In this document: positions 55,811 to 64,000 of the stretch, one piece after another
Position numbering within the stretch: position 1 is the stretch's first letter
Layout: each line of letters opens with the position of its first letter
NCBI GenBank assembly: GCA_035525215.1
Contig: DATLEY010000053.1
Location: forward strand, 4,598-68,597
Direction: 5' to 3'
DNA: 64,000 nucleotides
From: Thermoanaerobaculia bacterium
GTDB lineage: Bacteria > Acidobacteriota > Thermoanaerobaculia > Gp7-AA8
The notes under the pieces: model-generated
Databases searched by the model: none
What the model was told of the DNA's origin: nothing
Seen by the model: the letters and a program-made list of their open reading frames with translations, nothing else
Position numbers and translations under genes: made by a program

Positions 55811-56447
55811 ACCTGTTCTTGCCGCGCAGAGCGATCACCGCAGACTCCCACTCCGGATCGAACGATACGAACGGCCAGTCGATCAGGCCGCCTTTTCTAG
55901 GATTGTTCCGGATGTACCGAATCACATGCTCGAGCTGCACCGGCGTGCGGATGACCCGGTCGAAGTAATCGCGCTGCCAGAAGCGCCCGTGGACGCCGAG
56001 CAGCCTGTTGCATTCTTTGGCGGTGTACGACTTCCAGCTGTGCACGAGATGCTCCAGATCATCGCCTCGCTCGAGGTAGAACAAGGCATGAACGTGATTG
56101 GGCATGACACACCAGCTGATCATGACGTGTCCGTTCCCGTTGAAAAATCGAAGGGCATCGAAAACCACGCCTGCAAGCCGTGGATCGCGGAGACTGCAGC
56201 GCCCGCGATGGCGGTCCAGCTCGATCTCACATTCCCGAACGAAGCGTCGCCGATAGTCTTCGGCCGAACTCGCATCCTTCCTGAGGCGACGTTCGATGTC
56301 TTCGATCAACCCGAACGGCAGCGAATCGAATTCACAAAAGGTGACGAAATAGATTCCCTGGTCGACGATGAAGTGAGGTTTGTTGTGGCGGATTCGGATG
56401 CGGCAATTGGATGGAGTGAAAAAACTGAGAGGTTCGTCTCGGCGCAT
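55809..56447 (-). CDS. REP-associated tyrosine transposase (RAYT; IS200/IS605-like Y1 HUH transposase)
   Basis: 212 aa from MRRDEPLSFF. HUH motif (VMPNHVHALF). Catalytic Tyr motif (VIRYIRNNP). Flanked by inverted REP arrays. Confidence 0.85.
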   Translation of the reverse strand: MRRDEPLSFFTPSNCRIRIRHNKPHFIVDQGIYFVTFCEFDSLPFGLIEDIERRLRKDASSAEDYRRRFVRECEIELDRHRGRCSLRDPRLAGVVFDALRFFNGNGHVMISWCVMPNHVHALFYLERGDDLEHLVHSWKSYTAKECNRLLGVHGRFWQRDYFDRVIRTPVQLEHVIRYIRNNPRKGGLIDWPFVSFDPEWESAVIALRGKNR

Positions 56448-56530
56448 GATGATCGGGGCCGAAACGAAGAGACAGGAGGGTTGGCGGGTGGGCAGGAAAA
56501 GGGTACCTCGGCGATGAAGAGGCGACAAGA

Positions 56531-56630
56531 GCGACCGGCCGGAGGCCGGCGGTACTCTGGTCTCGCGTGAGCCTGCTCGTTCCCCGCGACCGGCCGGAGG
56601 CCGGCGGTACTCTGGTCTCGCGTCAGCCTG
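56531..56630. repeat. two 55-bp REP units, inverted relative to the 55315-55810 array
   Basis: gcgaCCGGCCggaGGCCGGcggtac tctggtctcgcgtgagcc... starts at 56531 and 56586. The units abut the sucD stop codon (56633). Confidence 0.9.
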
Positions 56631-56632
56631 GG

Positions 56633-57532
56633 TTATCGCTTCTTCCAGACCTGCTCGAGCCGGGAGGCCATGTCCGCGGGAGAAACGACGACGTGGATGC
56701 CCGCTTCTTCGAGCGCGTCCATCTTCTCTTTCGCCGTGCCCTTGCCGCCGCTGATGATCGCTCCGGCGTGTCCCATCCGACGTCCGGGAGGGGCGGTCTG
56801 ACCCGCGATGAACGCAACCACCGGTTTCTTCACGTTCGCTTTCACGAATGTGGCGGCATCTTCCTCGGCCGTACCGCCGATCTCGCCGATCATGATCATC
56901 GCCTCGGTCGCCGGATCGGCTTCGAACGCTTCGAGACAATCGACGAAGTTGGTCCCGGGAAGAGGATCTCCGCCGATTCCGACCGCGGTCGACTGGCCGA
57001 TTCCTCGCTTCGACAGCTGCCCGACCGCTTCGTAGGTCAGCGTGCCGGAGCGCGACACGATGCCGATCAGACCTTCCCGATGGATGTGCCCCGGCATGAT
57101 CCCGATCTTCGCCTTTCCGGGCGTCATGATCCCCGGGCAGTTGGGACCGATCAGACGGGAGCGTTTCGCTTTCTCCCGTCCGGCGTTCGCTTTCGCCAGC
57201 AGGTCATGCGCCTTCAGCATGTCGTTGACCGGGATTCCCTCGGTGATGCAGACAATCAGCTCGATCCCGGCGTCGGCCGCCTCCATGATCGCGTCCGCGG
57301 CAAACGGCGGAGGGACGAAGATCAGCGCGCAGTTCGCTCCTTCCTTCTCACGCGCCTCGCTCACCGTATTGAAGACGGCGAAACCTTCGTGAGTCGTGCC
57401 GCCCTTGCCGGGTGTCACGCCGCCGACCACTTTCGTTCCGTACTCGCGGCACTGAATCGCGTGGAAGGTTCCTTCGCGGCCGGTAATCCCCGACACGATG
57501 ACTTTCGTTTTCTCGTCAGCCCAGATCGCCAT
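56633..57532 (-). CDS. sucD: succinate--CoA ligase subunit alpha
   Basis: [14 protein letters not shown]..., MGHAGAII (active His) and full-length pattern. Confidence 0.95.
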   Translation of the reverse strand: MAIWADEKTKVIVSGITGREGTFHAIQCREYGTKVVGGVTPGKGGTTHEGFAVFNTVSEAREKEGANCALIFVPPPFAADAIMEAADAGIELIVCITEGIPVNDMLKAHDLLAKANAGREKAKRSRLIGPNCPGIMTPGKAKIGIMPGHIHREGLIGIVSRSGTLTYEAVGQLSKRGIGQSTAVGIGGDPLPGTNFVDCLEAFEADPATEAMIMIGEIGGTAEEDAATFVKANVKKPVVAFIAGQTAPPGRRMGHAGAIISGGKGTAKEKMDALEEAGIHVVVSPADMASRLEQVWKKR

Positions 57533-57557
57533 TGAATCTCTCCGTCCCTGACCCTCG

Positions 57558-58730
57558 TCATGAAGCGCGCGAGCGTTTCGCCGCGGCGACGACTTTCTCG
57601 GCGGCGTCGCTCATCCCGTCCGCGGTGATCAGGTCGAGTCCCGATTTCTGCAGGATCTCTTTCCCCAGCTCCACGTTCGTTCCTTCCAGCCGGACGACCA
57701 CGGGCACAGGAAGACCGACCTCCCGCGAAGCCTGAACCACTCCTTCCGCGATGCGGTCGCAGCGCATGATCCCGCCGAAGATGTTGATCAGAATCGCTTC
57801 CACATGCTCGTCGCTGAGGATGATGCGGAAGGCATTCTTGACCTGCTCGGCACTCGCGCCGCCCCCGACGTCGAGGAAGTTCGCGGGCTCGCCGCCCGCG
57901 TGCTTGATGATGTCCATGGTCGCCATCGCCAGACCGGCGCCGTTGACCATGCAGCCGACGTTTCCGTCCAGCTTGATGTAGTTGAGTCCGAACTTCGACG
58001 CCTCGACCTCCAGCGGATCTTCCTCGGCGAGATCGCGCATCTCGAGGACATCTTTGTGGCGGAACATCGCGTTGTCGTCGAAGGTCATCTTCGCGTCGAG
58101 CGCCAGGACGTTCTCTTCCTTCGTGATGAGCAGCGGGTTGATCTCGGCCAGTGAAGCATCCGTCTCGATGTAGGCGCGGACCAGCTTCTGAATGAAGTCG
58201 ACGGCGCGCTTGAATGCGGCGCCCTCAAGGCCGAGGGCGTAGGCGATCTGGCGCGCCTGGAACGGCTGGATTCCGAGGACCCCGTCGATCGGCTCCCTAT
58301 GAATTGCGTCGGGATCGCGCTCGGCGACTTCCTCGATCTCCATTCCTCCCTGCGACGAGGCCATGACCACGGGTTTGCCGAGGCGCCGGTCGAGGGTGAT
58401 GCCGAGGTAGAGCTCCTTGTCGATGTTCAGCGCTTCCTCGATGAGGACTTTTCCGACCACCCGACCTTCAGGACCGGTCTGATGGGTGATGAGGGTCATC
58501 CCGATGATCTTCGACGCGAGCTCCGCGGCTTCGTCGGGATTGGAAGCCAGTTTGACTCCGCCCCCCTTGCCGCGACCTCCGGCGTGAATCTGAGCCTTGA
58601 CCACGACCCGGCCACCCAGCGCTTTCGCCGCTTCGCGCGCCTGCCGCGGCGTGTCGACAACCTCTCCTCGGGGCACGGCAACGCCATATTTCCGGAGAAT
58701 CTCTTTGCCCTGATACTCGTGAACTTTCAT
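57558..58730 (-). CDS. sucC: ADP-forming succinate--CoA ligase subunit beta
   Basis: [17 protein letters not shown]..., [18 protein letters not shown] and [10 protein letters not shown]. Confidence 0.95.
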   Translation of the reverse strand: MKVHEYQGKEILRKYGVAVPRGEVVDTPRQAREAAKALGGRVVVKAQIHAGGRGKGGGVKLASNPDEAAELASKIIGMTLITHQTGPEGRVVGKVLIEEALNIDKELYLGITLDRRLGKPVVMASSQGGMEIEEVAERDPDAIHREPIDGVLGIQPFQARQIAYALGLEGAAFKRAVDFIQKLVRAYIETDASLAEINPLLITKEENVLALDAKMTFDDNAMFRHKDVLEMRDLAEEDPLEVEASKFGLNYIKLDGNVGCMVNGAGLAMATMDIIKHAGGEPANFLDVGGGASAEQVKNAFRIILSDEHVEAILINIFGGIMRCDRIAEGVVQASREVGLPVPVVVRLEGTNVELGKEILQKSGLDLITADGMSDAAEKVVAAAKRSRAS

Positions 58731-58872
58731 CAGCGGTTTTCCTGTCGCGGCGCGGGCCGGAGGGATTGGAGGTCCGGATCGACGGACCTCGCCGCGATGC
58801 GGGAGGCATTCCGGAGCGTTCCGGCGCGCGACCTTATCGCGGGGACCGGCCGTTTCGCAAGGGCGCGCTGGG

Positions 58873-59113
58873 GAGTTCCCAGTTCTGAGTTCTCAGTTCT
58901 CAGTTGCCGGCGGTTGTCGTAGTGCGACCGGCCGGAGGCCGGCGGTACTTTGGTTTCTCGTGAGCCTGGGCGTTCCTGGCGACCGGCCGGAGGCCGGCGG
59001 TACTTTGGCTTCGAGCCTGCTTGTTCTTGGCGACCGGCCGGAGGCCGGCGGTACTTTGGTTTCGGTCAGCGGTAAATGACAACTCGGAACTCGGAACTCG
59101 GAACTGGGAACTC
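58873..59113. repeat. heptamer inverted arms enclosing three REP units
   Basis: Left arm: gagttcccagttctgagttctcagttctcagttg (58873-58906). Right arm: caactcggaactcggaactcggaactgggaactc (59080-59113). REP units start at 58924, 58979 and 59030. Confidence 0.85.
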
Positions 59114-59138
59114 GCAACTCTTCCTGTACTCTGCGCGA

Positions 59139-60323
59139 ATGACGCAGCCGGGAGATCTGGTCGAGCTGAGCCCCGACCGGCTGGTCGCGGGCGGCGATGC
59201 GATGGCCCGCCTCGACGGAATGCCGGTCTTCATCCGTGGGGCCTATCCTGGCGACCGGATCCGCGGACGGATCACCGAGGTCAAAAAGGGGTTTCTGCGG
59301 GCAGAAGTCGAGCAGCTTCTTCAGGAATCGCGGGAGAGGCGCTTCCTCCCCTGTCCGATCGCGGCCGAGTGCGGAGGATGTGACTGGACCGAGCTCCGGC
59401 TCGATCGGCAGATTCACTGGAAGCGCGAGATCCTGAGCGACGCGCTACGCAGAATCGGCAAGTTCGATCTCACAAATCTGCCTCCCATCACCATTCACGT
59501 CTCACCTTTGAATTACCGACTCCGCAGCCGGATCCATGTCGACGAGGAGAGCGGAGCGATCGGCTTCTTCGCCATGCGCTCCACTCGAGTGATTCCTCTG
59601 GTGGAGGAGTGCGAAGTCGTCGGCCCGGCCGTCATCGCCGCACTGGTTCCGATCCGGGCGGCCGCGGCAGAGCAGAGGCCGGAATCCGTCGAGACGCTCG
59701 AGAACGGGCGCGAGCTCCTGGTGAATCTCAGGCCGGTCGGAGCGAAGGCCAGTGGAGAGATCCAGCTCGACGTCGGCGGGCATTCCTACCGCTTTTCGAC
59801 GCGCTCATTCTTTCAAGTCAACCGGCATCTTCTTCAGACCCTTCACGACCTGATCTCACGGAGCGCCACGCAGTCGCCGCGCAGAAAGCTGGCGTGGGAT
59901 CTCTACGGCGGGGTCGGTTTCTTCGCCCTCCCCCTGGGAAAGATTTTCGAGCGCGTCGAGTCGGTCGAAAGCGATGGAGAATCGGCGCAGTGGGGTCGCG
60001 CGAACACCTCTGGCATTCCGAACGTCCGGATGATCACCGCGGACGTGGAGCATTTTCTCGGCCGGAAGAATGCGCCCCCGGACTTCGTGGCCGTCGACCC
60101 GCCGCGCGCGGGGCTGGCGCCTGAAGTACTCCAGGGAGTCGCGCAGATCAAAGCGGCCAGAATTTGTTATCTCTCGTGCGATCCGGTAACCTTTTCCCGT
60201 GACGCGGCCCGGCTGGCTCGTCACGGCTGGGCCCTCACCTCGATCGACCTGATCGATCTCTTCCCCAACACGCATCACATCGAGACTCTCGGCTCCTTCG
60301 TTCATGAGGAAGGATCGGGATGA
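59139..60323 (+). CDS. TRAM-domain class I SAM-dependent RNA (uracil-5) methyltransferase, RumA/RlmD-like
   Basis: N-terminal TRAM-like barrel. Fe-S Cys cluster (CPIAAECGGCDW). DPPRAGL and the catalytic-Cys context (YLSCDPVTFSRD). Confidence 0.8.
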   Translation: MTQPGDLVELSPDRLVAGGDAMARLDGMPVFIRGAYPGDRIRGRITEVKKGFLRAEVEQLLQESRERRFLPCPIAAECGGCDWTELRLDRQIHWKREILSDALRRIGKFDLTNLPPITIHVSPLNYRLRSRIHVDEESGAIGFFAMRSTRVIPLVEECEVVGPAVIAALVPIRAAAAEQRPESVETLENGRELLVNLRPVGAKASGEIQLDVGGHSYRFSTRSFFQVNRHLLQTLHDLISRSATQSPRRKLAWDLYGGVGFFALPLGKIFERVESVESDGESAQWGRANTSGIPNVRMITADVEHFLGRKNAPPDFVAVDPPRAGLAPEVLQGVAQIKAARICYLSCDPVTFSRDAARLARHGWALTSIDLIDLFPNTHHIETLGSFVHEEGSG

Positions 60324-62595
60324 GCTTCTTCCCGCCGCATATCCAGCACTCGGATTCGCGCTCGGCCTGGCCACCGCAGACGTCATCACCGCGCCGTTCA
60401 TCGCCGCGGCCGGCCTGGCGGCGATCGCCCTCCTCTCGGCTTTTCTGACCGGGCGGACGACGTCCATCCCTCTGCTGTTCGCCGCCGCGGGATTCTATTC
60501 GGCGGCCTCCTGGCAGGACGCCCGCGCCGTAGAGCGAGCGTGGCTCGACTCGCTTCCTGCCGACCGTTTCGTCGTCGCGATCGTCCCTGTCGAAGGGGCG
60601 TGGGAAGCGCGCGGGGAGGGATTCACGCTGCGATCGCGAAGCTTCCGGGTGGAGGGACGCGGCGATCGGATCGAGCTTCCTCTCCGCCTGACCCTCTGGG
60701 CCGGTCATCCTCTCGACGATCCTCGGATTTTTTCGCTGAGGGCGGAAGGACATCTGCGGTGCGGCGAGGAGATCTGCTCGATGAACGTAAAGAGCGCCGA
60801 GCTTCTCTCCGCACACTCCTTCTCGAACCGCGCCGATCCCGGATGGTGGAACCGGGCCGCGAATCACCGCCTTTTGTCTCTCACCTCGTCTTCTCCCATG
60901 GCGGCTCGGGGTGCCCCGCAGGCAGCCGCGCTGGCGCTGGGGCGGGGCGAAGCGCTGCAATACGAAGTGCGCGAAGCGTACAGGCGCGGAGGTACTTATC
61001 ATCTTCTCGTCTTCTCCGGGATGCAGATCGCTTTTGCGGCCGGCATGATCTCCGCCGTGTTCCGACGACTGGGACGTCCGCGTTACGGCGACTGGATTCT
61101 TCTCGGAATGGCGCTCCTCGCTCCGCAATTCGCGGGAAAAGATGCCTCGGTCACGCGCTCCGCTCTCATGATCGGCGTCTACGCCCTCAGCCGGATTCTC
61201 GGAAGGCCCACGCCGCTCGCCAATCTTCTCTTCGTCGCCATCCTCGCGCGGCTGATCACGTCTCCCGCGGACCTGACTGATCCCGGGTTTGCGCTCACGT
61301 TCGGCGCGACAGGAGGACTCATTCTCATCGGCCGCGCGTTCTCGGAGTTGGTTCCCCGATTCCTGCGGCCAGTCGCCTGGGGCGCCGGCGCGGAGATCGG
61401 GACGGCCTCCCTCACCGCGCTCTTTTTTCACCAGGTCGTCATTGCCGGTTCACTCGTCACTCTCGCGATCTCGCCGCTGCTCACCCTGATGCTGGCGCTC
61501 TCTGCGATCGCATCGATGCTGGTCTTCGTGAGTCGCGACCTGGCCATGCCACTGGTCGAATTGATCGGAACCCTCGACACGGTTGCCGTCGGCGTGAACC
61601 AGTTCGTCGCCGACCTCGGGGCGGCCACTGTGGTCGCGGCTCCCCATCCGCTTCTGGTCGGCCTCGCGTTCGCGATCGCGGTTGCGGTTCTGACTTTGCG
61701 CCGGTCACCAGCCGCCGGGCTCGCGGCATCGATCATCCTGCTCGTGCCTCTCCTCGCGGGACTCGTCGCCGCCGCTTCTCGATCGTCGGTGGAGGCGGTG
61801 ACGTTCGAGTTCCTCGACGTGGGACAGGGAGATGCGATTCTGGTGAGAGAGGGCAAAACCGCTCTTCTGGTCGACGGAGGCGGCCGGCCTCACGATCCAG
61901 ACTTCGCCCGCTCGGTCCTCCTTCCGCTGCTTCTCGACCGCGGAGTGCGGAAACTCGATGCCGTCGTGCTCAGTCACCCCGATCCCGATCACTGCGGCGG
62001 GCTTCCACCACTGGTCGATCTCCTCGATGTCCGGGAGGTCTGGATGTCGAGCCGTCACCTGCGATTTCCGTGCGGCGGGGATCTCTTCGATGCGGCCCGA
62101 AGAAAAGGAAGTGATCTCGTCCTGGCCGACCGGCAGGCCGGCCGCGCGGCTGGCTCGCTCTTCTTCCGATTCCACGCGGCGGATCCGCCGTTCAAGCAGT
62201 CCTTCTCGAACAACACATCCCTTCTCCTTCGCTGGAGTCGCGGCAGGCGGAGCGTTCTCCTCATGGGCGACATCGAGCGTGCCGCCGAGTTCAAATTGCT
62301 GGAAAACGATCCCTCGTTCGCATCGGCGGAGGTGCTCAAGGTTGCGCATCACGGCAGCAGCTCATCGACAAGCTTTCCATTTCTAGCCGTTAGTGAACCG
62401 AGAATTGCGATCATCTCCGCGGGGAGACGGAATCCGTACAGCCATCCTTCGCCTGAGGTCGAGAAGCGGGTTCGGGAGGCCGGGGCCAGGATTCTGCGGA
62501 CTGACCGGAATGGATCAATCCGGTTGCACATCACGGAAAGAGCGGTTTTTGTGAGCGTTGAAATTGACAAGGCCGCGCCCGCTGGTAGTCTGTAA
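60304..62595 (+). CDS. comEC: DNA internalization-related competence protein ComEC/Rec2
   Basis: Polytopic competence domain (YHLLVFSGMQI). C-terminal metallo-beta-lactamase domain (FLDVGQGDAILV, SHPDPDHCGG, KVAHHGS). Confidence 0.85.
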   Translation: MRKDRDELLPAAYPALGFALGLATADVITAPFIAAAGLAAIALLSAFLTGRTTSIPLLFAAAGFYSAASWQDARAVERAWLDSLPADRFVVAIVPVEGAWEARGEGFTLRSRSFRVEGRGDRIELPLRLTLWAGHPLDDPRIFSLRAEGHLRCGEEICSMNVKSAELLSAHSFSNRADPGWWNRAANHRLLSLTSSSPMAARGAPQAAALALGRGEALQYEVREAYRRGGTYHLLVFSGMQIAFAAGMISAVFRRLGRPRYGDWILLGMALLAPQFAGKDASVTRSALMIGVYALSRILGRPTPLANLLFVAILARLITSPADLTDPGFALTFGATGGLILIGRAFSELVPRFLRPVAWGAGAEIGTASLTALFFHQVVIAGSLVTLAISPLLTLMLALSAIASMLVFVSRDLAMPLVELIGTLDTVAVGVNQFVADLGAATVVAAPHPLLVGLAFAIAVAVLTLRRSPAAGLAASIILLVPLLAGLVAAASRSSVEAVTFEFLDVGQGDAILVREGKTALLVDGGGRPHDPDFARSVLLPLLLDRGVRKLDAVVLSHPDPDHCGGLPPLVDLLDVREVWMSSRHLRFPCGGDLFDAARRKGSDLVLADRQAGRAAGSLFFRFHAADPPFKQSFSNNTSLLLRWSRGRRSVLLMGDIERAAEFKLLENDPSFASAEVLKVAHHGSSSSTSFPFLAVSEPRIAIISAGRRNPYSHPSPEVEKRVREAGARILRTDRNGSIRLHITERAVFVSVEIDKAAPAGSL

Positions 62596-62599
62596 ACCG

Positions 62600-62926
62600 A
62601 TGTCCGCGATCCTCATCCGTTTCGGCCTTTACACGATTCTCCTTCTGCTCGCGGTTTTCGTCCTGCGCGAGCAGGTGAACCTGCCGAAGGAGGAGTTGCT
62701 CACCGACGCATTGCTCGTGCAGGCAGCGATCGCAGCGGTGGTGATGCTCATCGCTGGATTCGTGATGAAACTCTTCGAAAAGGCCGCCACCAAGCTGCCG
62801 AAAGGTCGCTGCATCATCTGCAAGCGAAAGGTCCTCAGCGGTCAGACCTACTGCCGCGATCACCTGCGCGAGCTCGTCGGTGAAGAGAGGGAACGAGGGC
62901 GGCACGAGCCCCTGCCCAGAGGGTGA
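62600..62926 (+). CDS. hypothetical membrane protein with C-terminal zinc-ribbon-like CxxC...C..H
   Basis: Two TM segments, then CIICKRKVLSGQTYCRDH. ATG at 62600. Confidence 0.45.
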   Translation: MSAILIRFGLYTILLLLAVFVLREQVNLPKEELLTDALLVQAAIAAVVMLIAGFVMKLFEKAATKLPKGRCIICKRKVLSGQTYCRDHLRELVGEERERGRHEPLPRG

Positions 62927-63861
62927 GGGCTTCACCGGTGGTCATCGCCGGCCCCACCGGCTCGGGCAAATCGGAGCTGGCTCTCCTTCTCGCGGAGCGC
63001 ATTGGCGGCGAGATCGTCAATTACGACTCGGTTCAGCTCTATCGCGACTTCGATATCGGATCCGCCAAGCCTCCCCTCGCAGCGCGCTCGAGGGTTCCTC
63101 ATCACCTGTACGACGTGATCGATCCGCGGGAGCCGTGGAACGCCGCCGATTACGCCAGGGTCGCCGGACCGATCTGCGCAGAAATCGAGAACCGGGGCAA
63201 GCGAGTCCTTCTGGTCGGAGGAACCGGCTTTTACCTTCGCGCTCTGCTTTCGGGCCTGCCGGAGATGCCAGGCAGAGATGATGCGATCCGCGAGAGGCTG
63301 CGACGGCTCATGCGAACCGACCGAGGTCAGGCGAGGCTCCACCGCTGGCTCGGAAGAGTCGATCCGGCGGCGGCGTCGAAAATCGCGCCCGCGGATCGCA
63401 ACCGGCTCGAGAGGGCTCTGGAGATCTGGATTCTCACCGCGAAGCCCATCACGAGCTGGACGCCGCCAGCCGCCAGTGCCCCGGCGAGGGTTGTCACGAA
63501 GCTGGCCCTTCGAATGCCGCGACCGCTCCTGAACGAACGCATCGATCAGCGCGTGGCGTCGATGTACGAGGCCGGCCTGGTCGAAGAGACGCGGGAGCTG
63601 CTCTCGCGCTATCCAGACTCGGCGCGCGCTTTCGGATCGATCGGCTATGCCGAGGCTGTTCGCGTGGTGCGCGGCGAGCTCGATGAGGATGCTGCCATGG
63701 CCGAGACCCGGCGCCGCACCCGTGCCTACGCCAAGCGACAGATGACGTGGCTGCGTGGGGAACGCGACGTGCATTGGATCGAAGCCGCGGACGGCCCTGA
63801 ATTCATGCTCGAGCAGGCACTGGCGGTTCTCGATCAGACGGTCGCTCCCGACAAACCATGA
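62923..63861 (+). CDS. miaA: tRNA dimethylallyltransferase
   Basis: VVIAGPTGSGKSELAL, DSVQLYRDFDIGSAKP and LVGGTGFYLRAL. GTGA overlap with the upstream gene. Confidence 0.9.
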   Translation: MRASPVVIAGPTGSGKSELALLLAERIGGEIVNYDSVQLYRDFDIGSAKPPLAARSRVPHHLYDVIDPREPWNAADYARVAGPICAEIENRGKRVLLVGGTGFYLRALLSGLPEMPGRDDAIRERLRRLMRTDRGQARLHRWLGRVDPAAASKIAPADRNRLERALEIWILTAKPITSWTPPAASAPARVVTKLALRMPRPLLNERIDQRVASMYEAGLVEETRELLSRYPDSARAFGSIGYAEAVRVVRGELDEDAAMAETRRRTRAYAKRQMTWLRGERDVHWIEAADGPEFMLEQALAVLDQTVAPDKP

Positions 63862-64000
63862 AAACTCAGCATCTCTCCCTTCTTCTGACGATCGTCGTGA
63901 TGATGGCAGCCTGCGCCACGGCTCCGCCGCCGCTGCCCGTCTCGACGGGTGCGATCGCGGACCTCCTGGTCGATCCCCGCCTCGGGTTTCAAGGCTCGGA
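63858..64000 (+). CDS. hypothetical lipoprotein, 3' end cut by window edge
   Basis: ATGA overlap with the miaA stop. MKTQHLSLLLTIVVMMAAC lipobox. Frame open to the window end. Confidence 0.4.
   Translation, partial: MKTQHLSLLLTIVVMMAACATAPPPLPVSTGAIADLLVDPRLGFQGS

Larger units (their letters stand above)
55284..56630 (-). mobile_element. REPtron: RAYT gene with flanking inverted REP arrays
   Basis: Nine units downstream and two units upstream of the RAYT gene are in opposite orientation. The locus sits between sucD and the S51 peptidase gene. Confidence 0.8.

Noticed and set aside
55126-56570. ORFs 55126-55509, 55451-55900 and 55506-56570 with repetitive PASRRSPRLRGLTRIH peptides, and the 376-aa extension of ORF 55809-56939
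   Set aside because: They are translations of the tandem DNA repeat and of REP units in a high-GC background. The RAYT homology begins only at the Met at 56447.
1-64000. tRNA, rRNA, tmRNA, RNase P, riboswitches, integrases, toxin-antitoxin or known defence-system genes
   Set aside because: I scanned intergenic regions by eye for T-loop-like GGTTCGAATCC motifs and other hallmark motifs. I scanned the ORF track for integrase, nuclease or NTPase defence signatures. Nothing convincing was found. This is a weak negative, and tRNAscan-SE, Infernal and DefenseFinder should be run.

Overview
High-GC (about two-thirds G+C by eye) bacterial chromosomal window. The gene content, including a Ser/Thr kinase fused to a TolB-like propeller and many secreted metallopeptidases, is reminiscent of Acidobacteriota-type genomes, but that taxon is only a guess. 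I support about 60 protein genes, nearly all housekeeping or envelope functions: aat, M1/M20/M28/M49-like/S41/S51 peptidases, msrB-msrA, corA, RNase E, tryptophanase, a ccmABFGH cytochrome c maturation cluster, larE-larB, ndk, rlpA, purB, wzm/wzt-type ABC exporter, ftsB, sucCD, comEC and miaA. Many adjacent genes overlap by 4 nt (ATGA/GTGA/TTGA), indicating translational coupling. I recognised no rRNA, tRNA, CRISPR, prophage or known defence system. The unusual content is non-coding: almost every long intergenic region is filled by a few structured repeat families. (1) A REP-associated tyrosine transposase (RAYT, HUH/Y1) gene at 55809-56447 is flanked by inverted arrays of one 55-bp hairpin unit, 9 tandem copies on one side and 2 on the other. 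The same unit is dispersed at 42221, 49419 and 58924-59075. (2) A ~230-bp rod-like palindromic element with 20-bp terminal inverted repeats occurs in two direct copies bracketing tnaA plus the ccm cluster. (3) Inverted arms built from 7-nt periodic TTCT-type microrepeats occur at 4-5 loci, sometimes enclosing REP units. (4) A GC-hairpin repeat follows ndk and ctpA. Smaller oddities are a gamma-glutamylcyclotransferase-like gene whose conserved N-terminus lies upstream of any canonical start codon, a ccm cluster lacking ccmCDE and headed by a rhodanese lipoprotein, and larE-larB coupled to an M49-like lipoprotein. All protein calls rest on motif recognition by eye in the supplied translations, and no database search was run.
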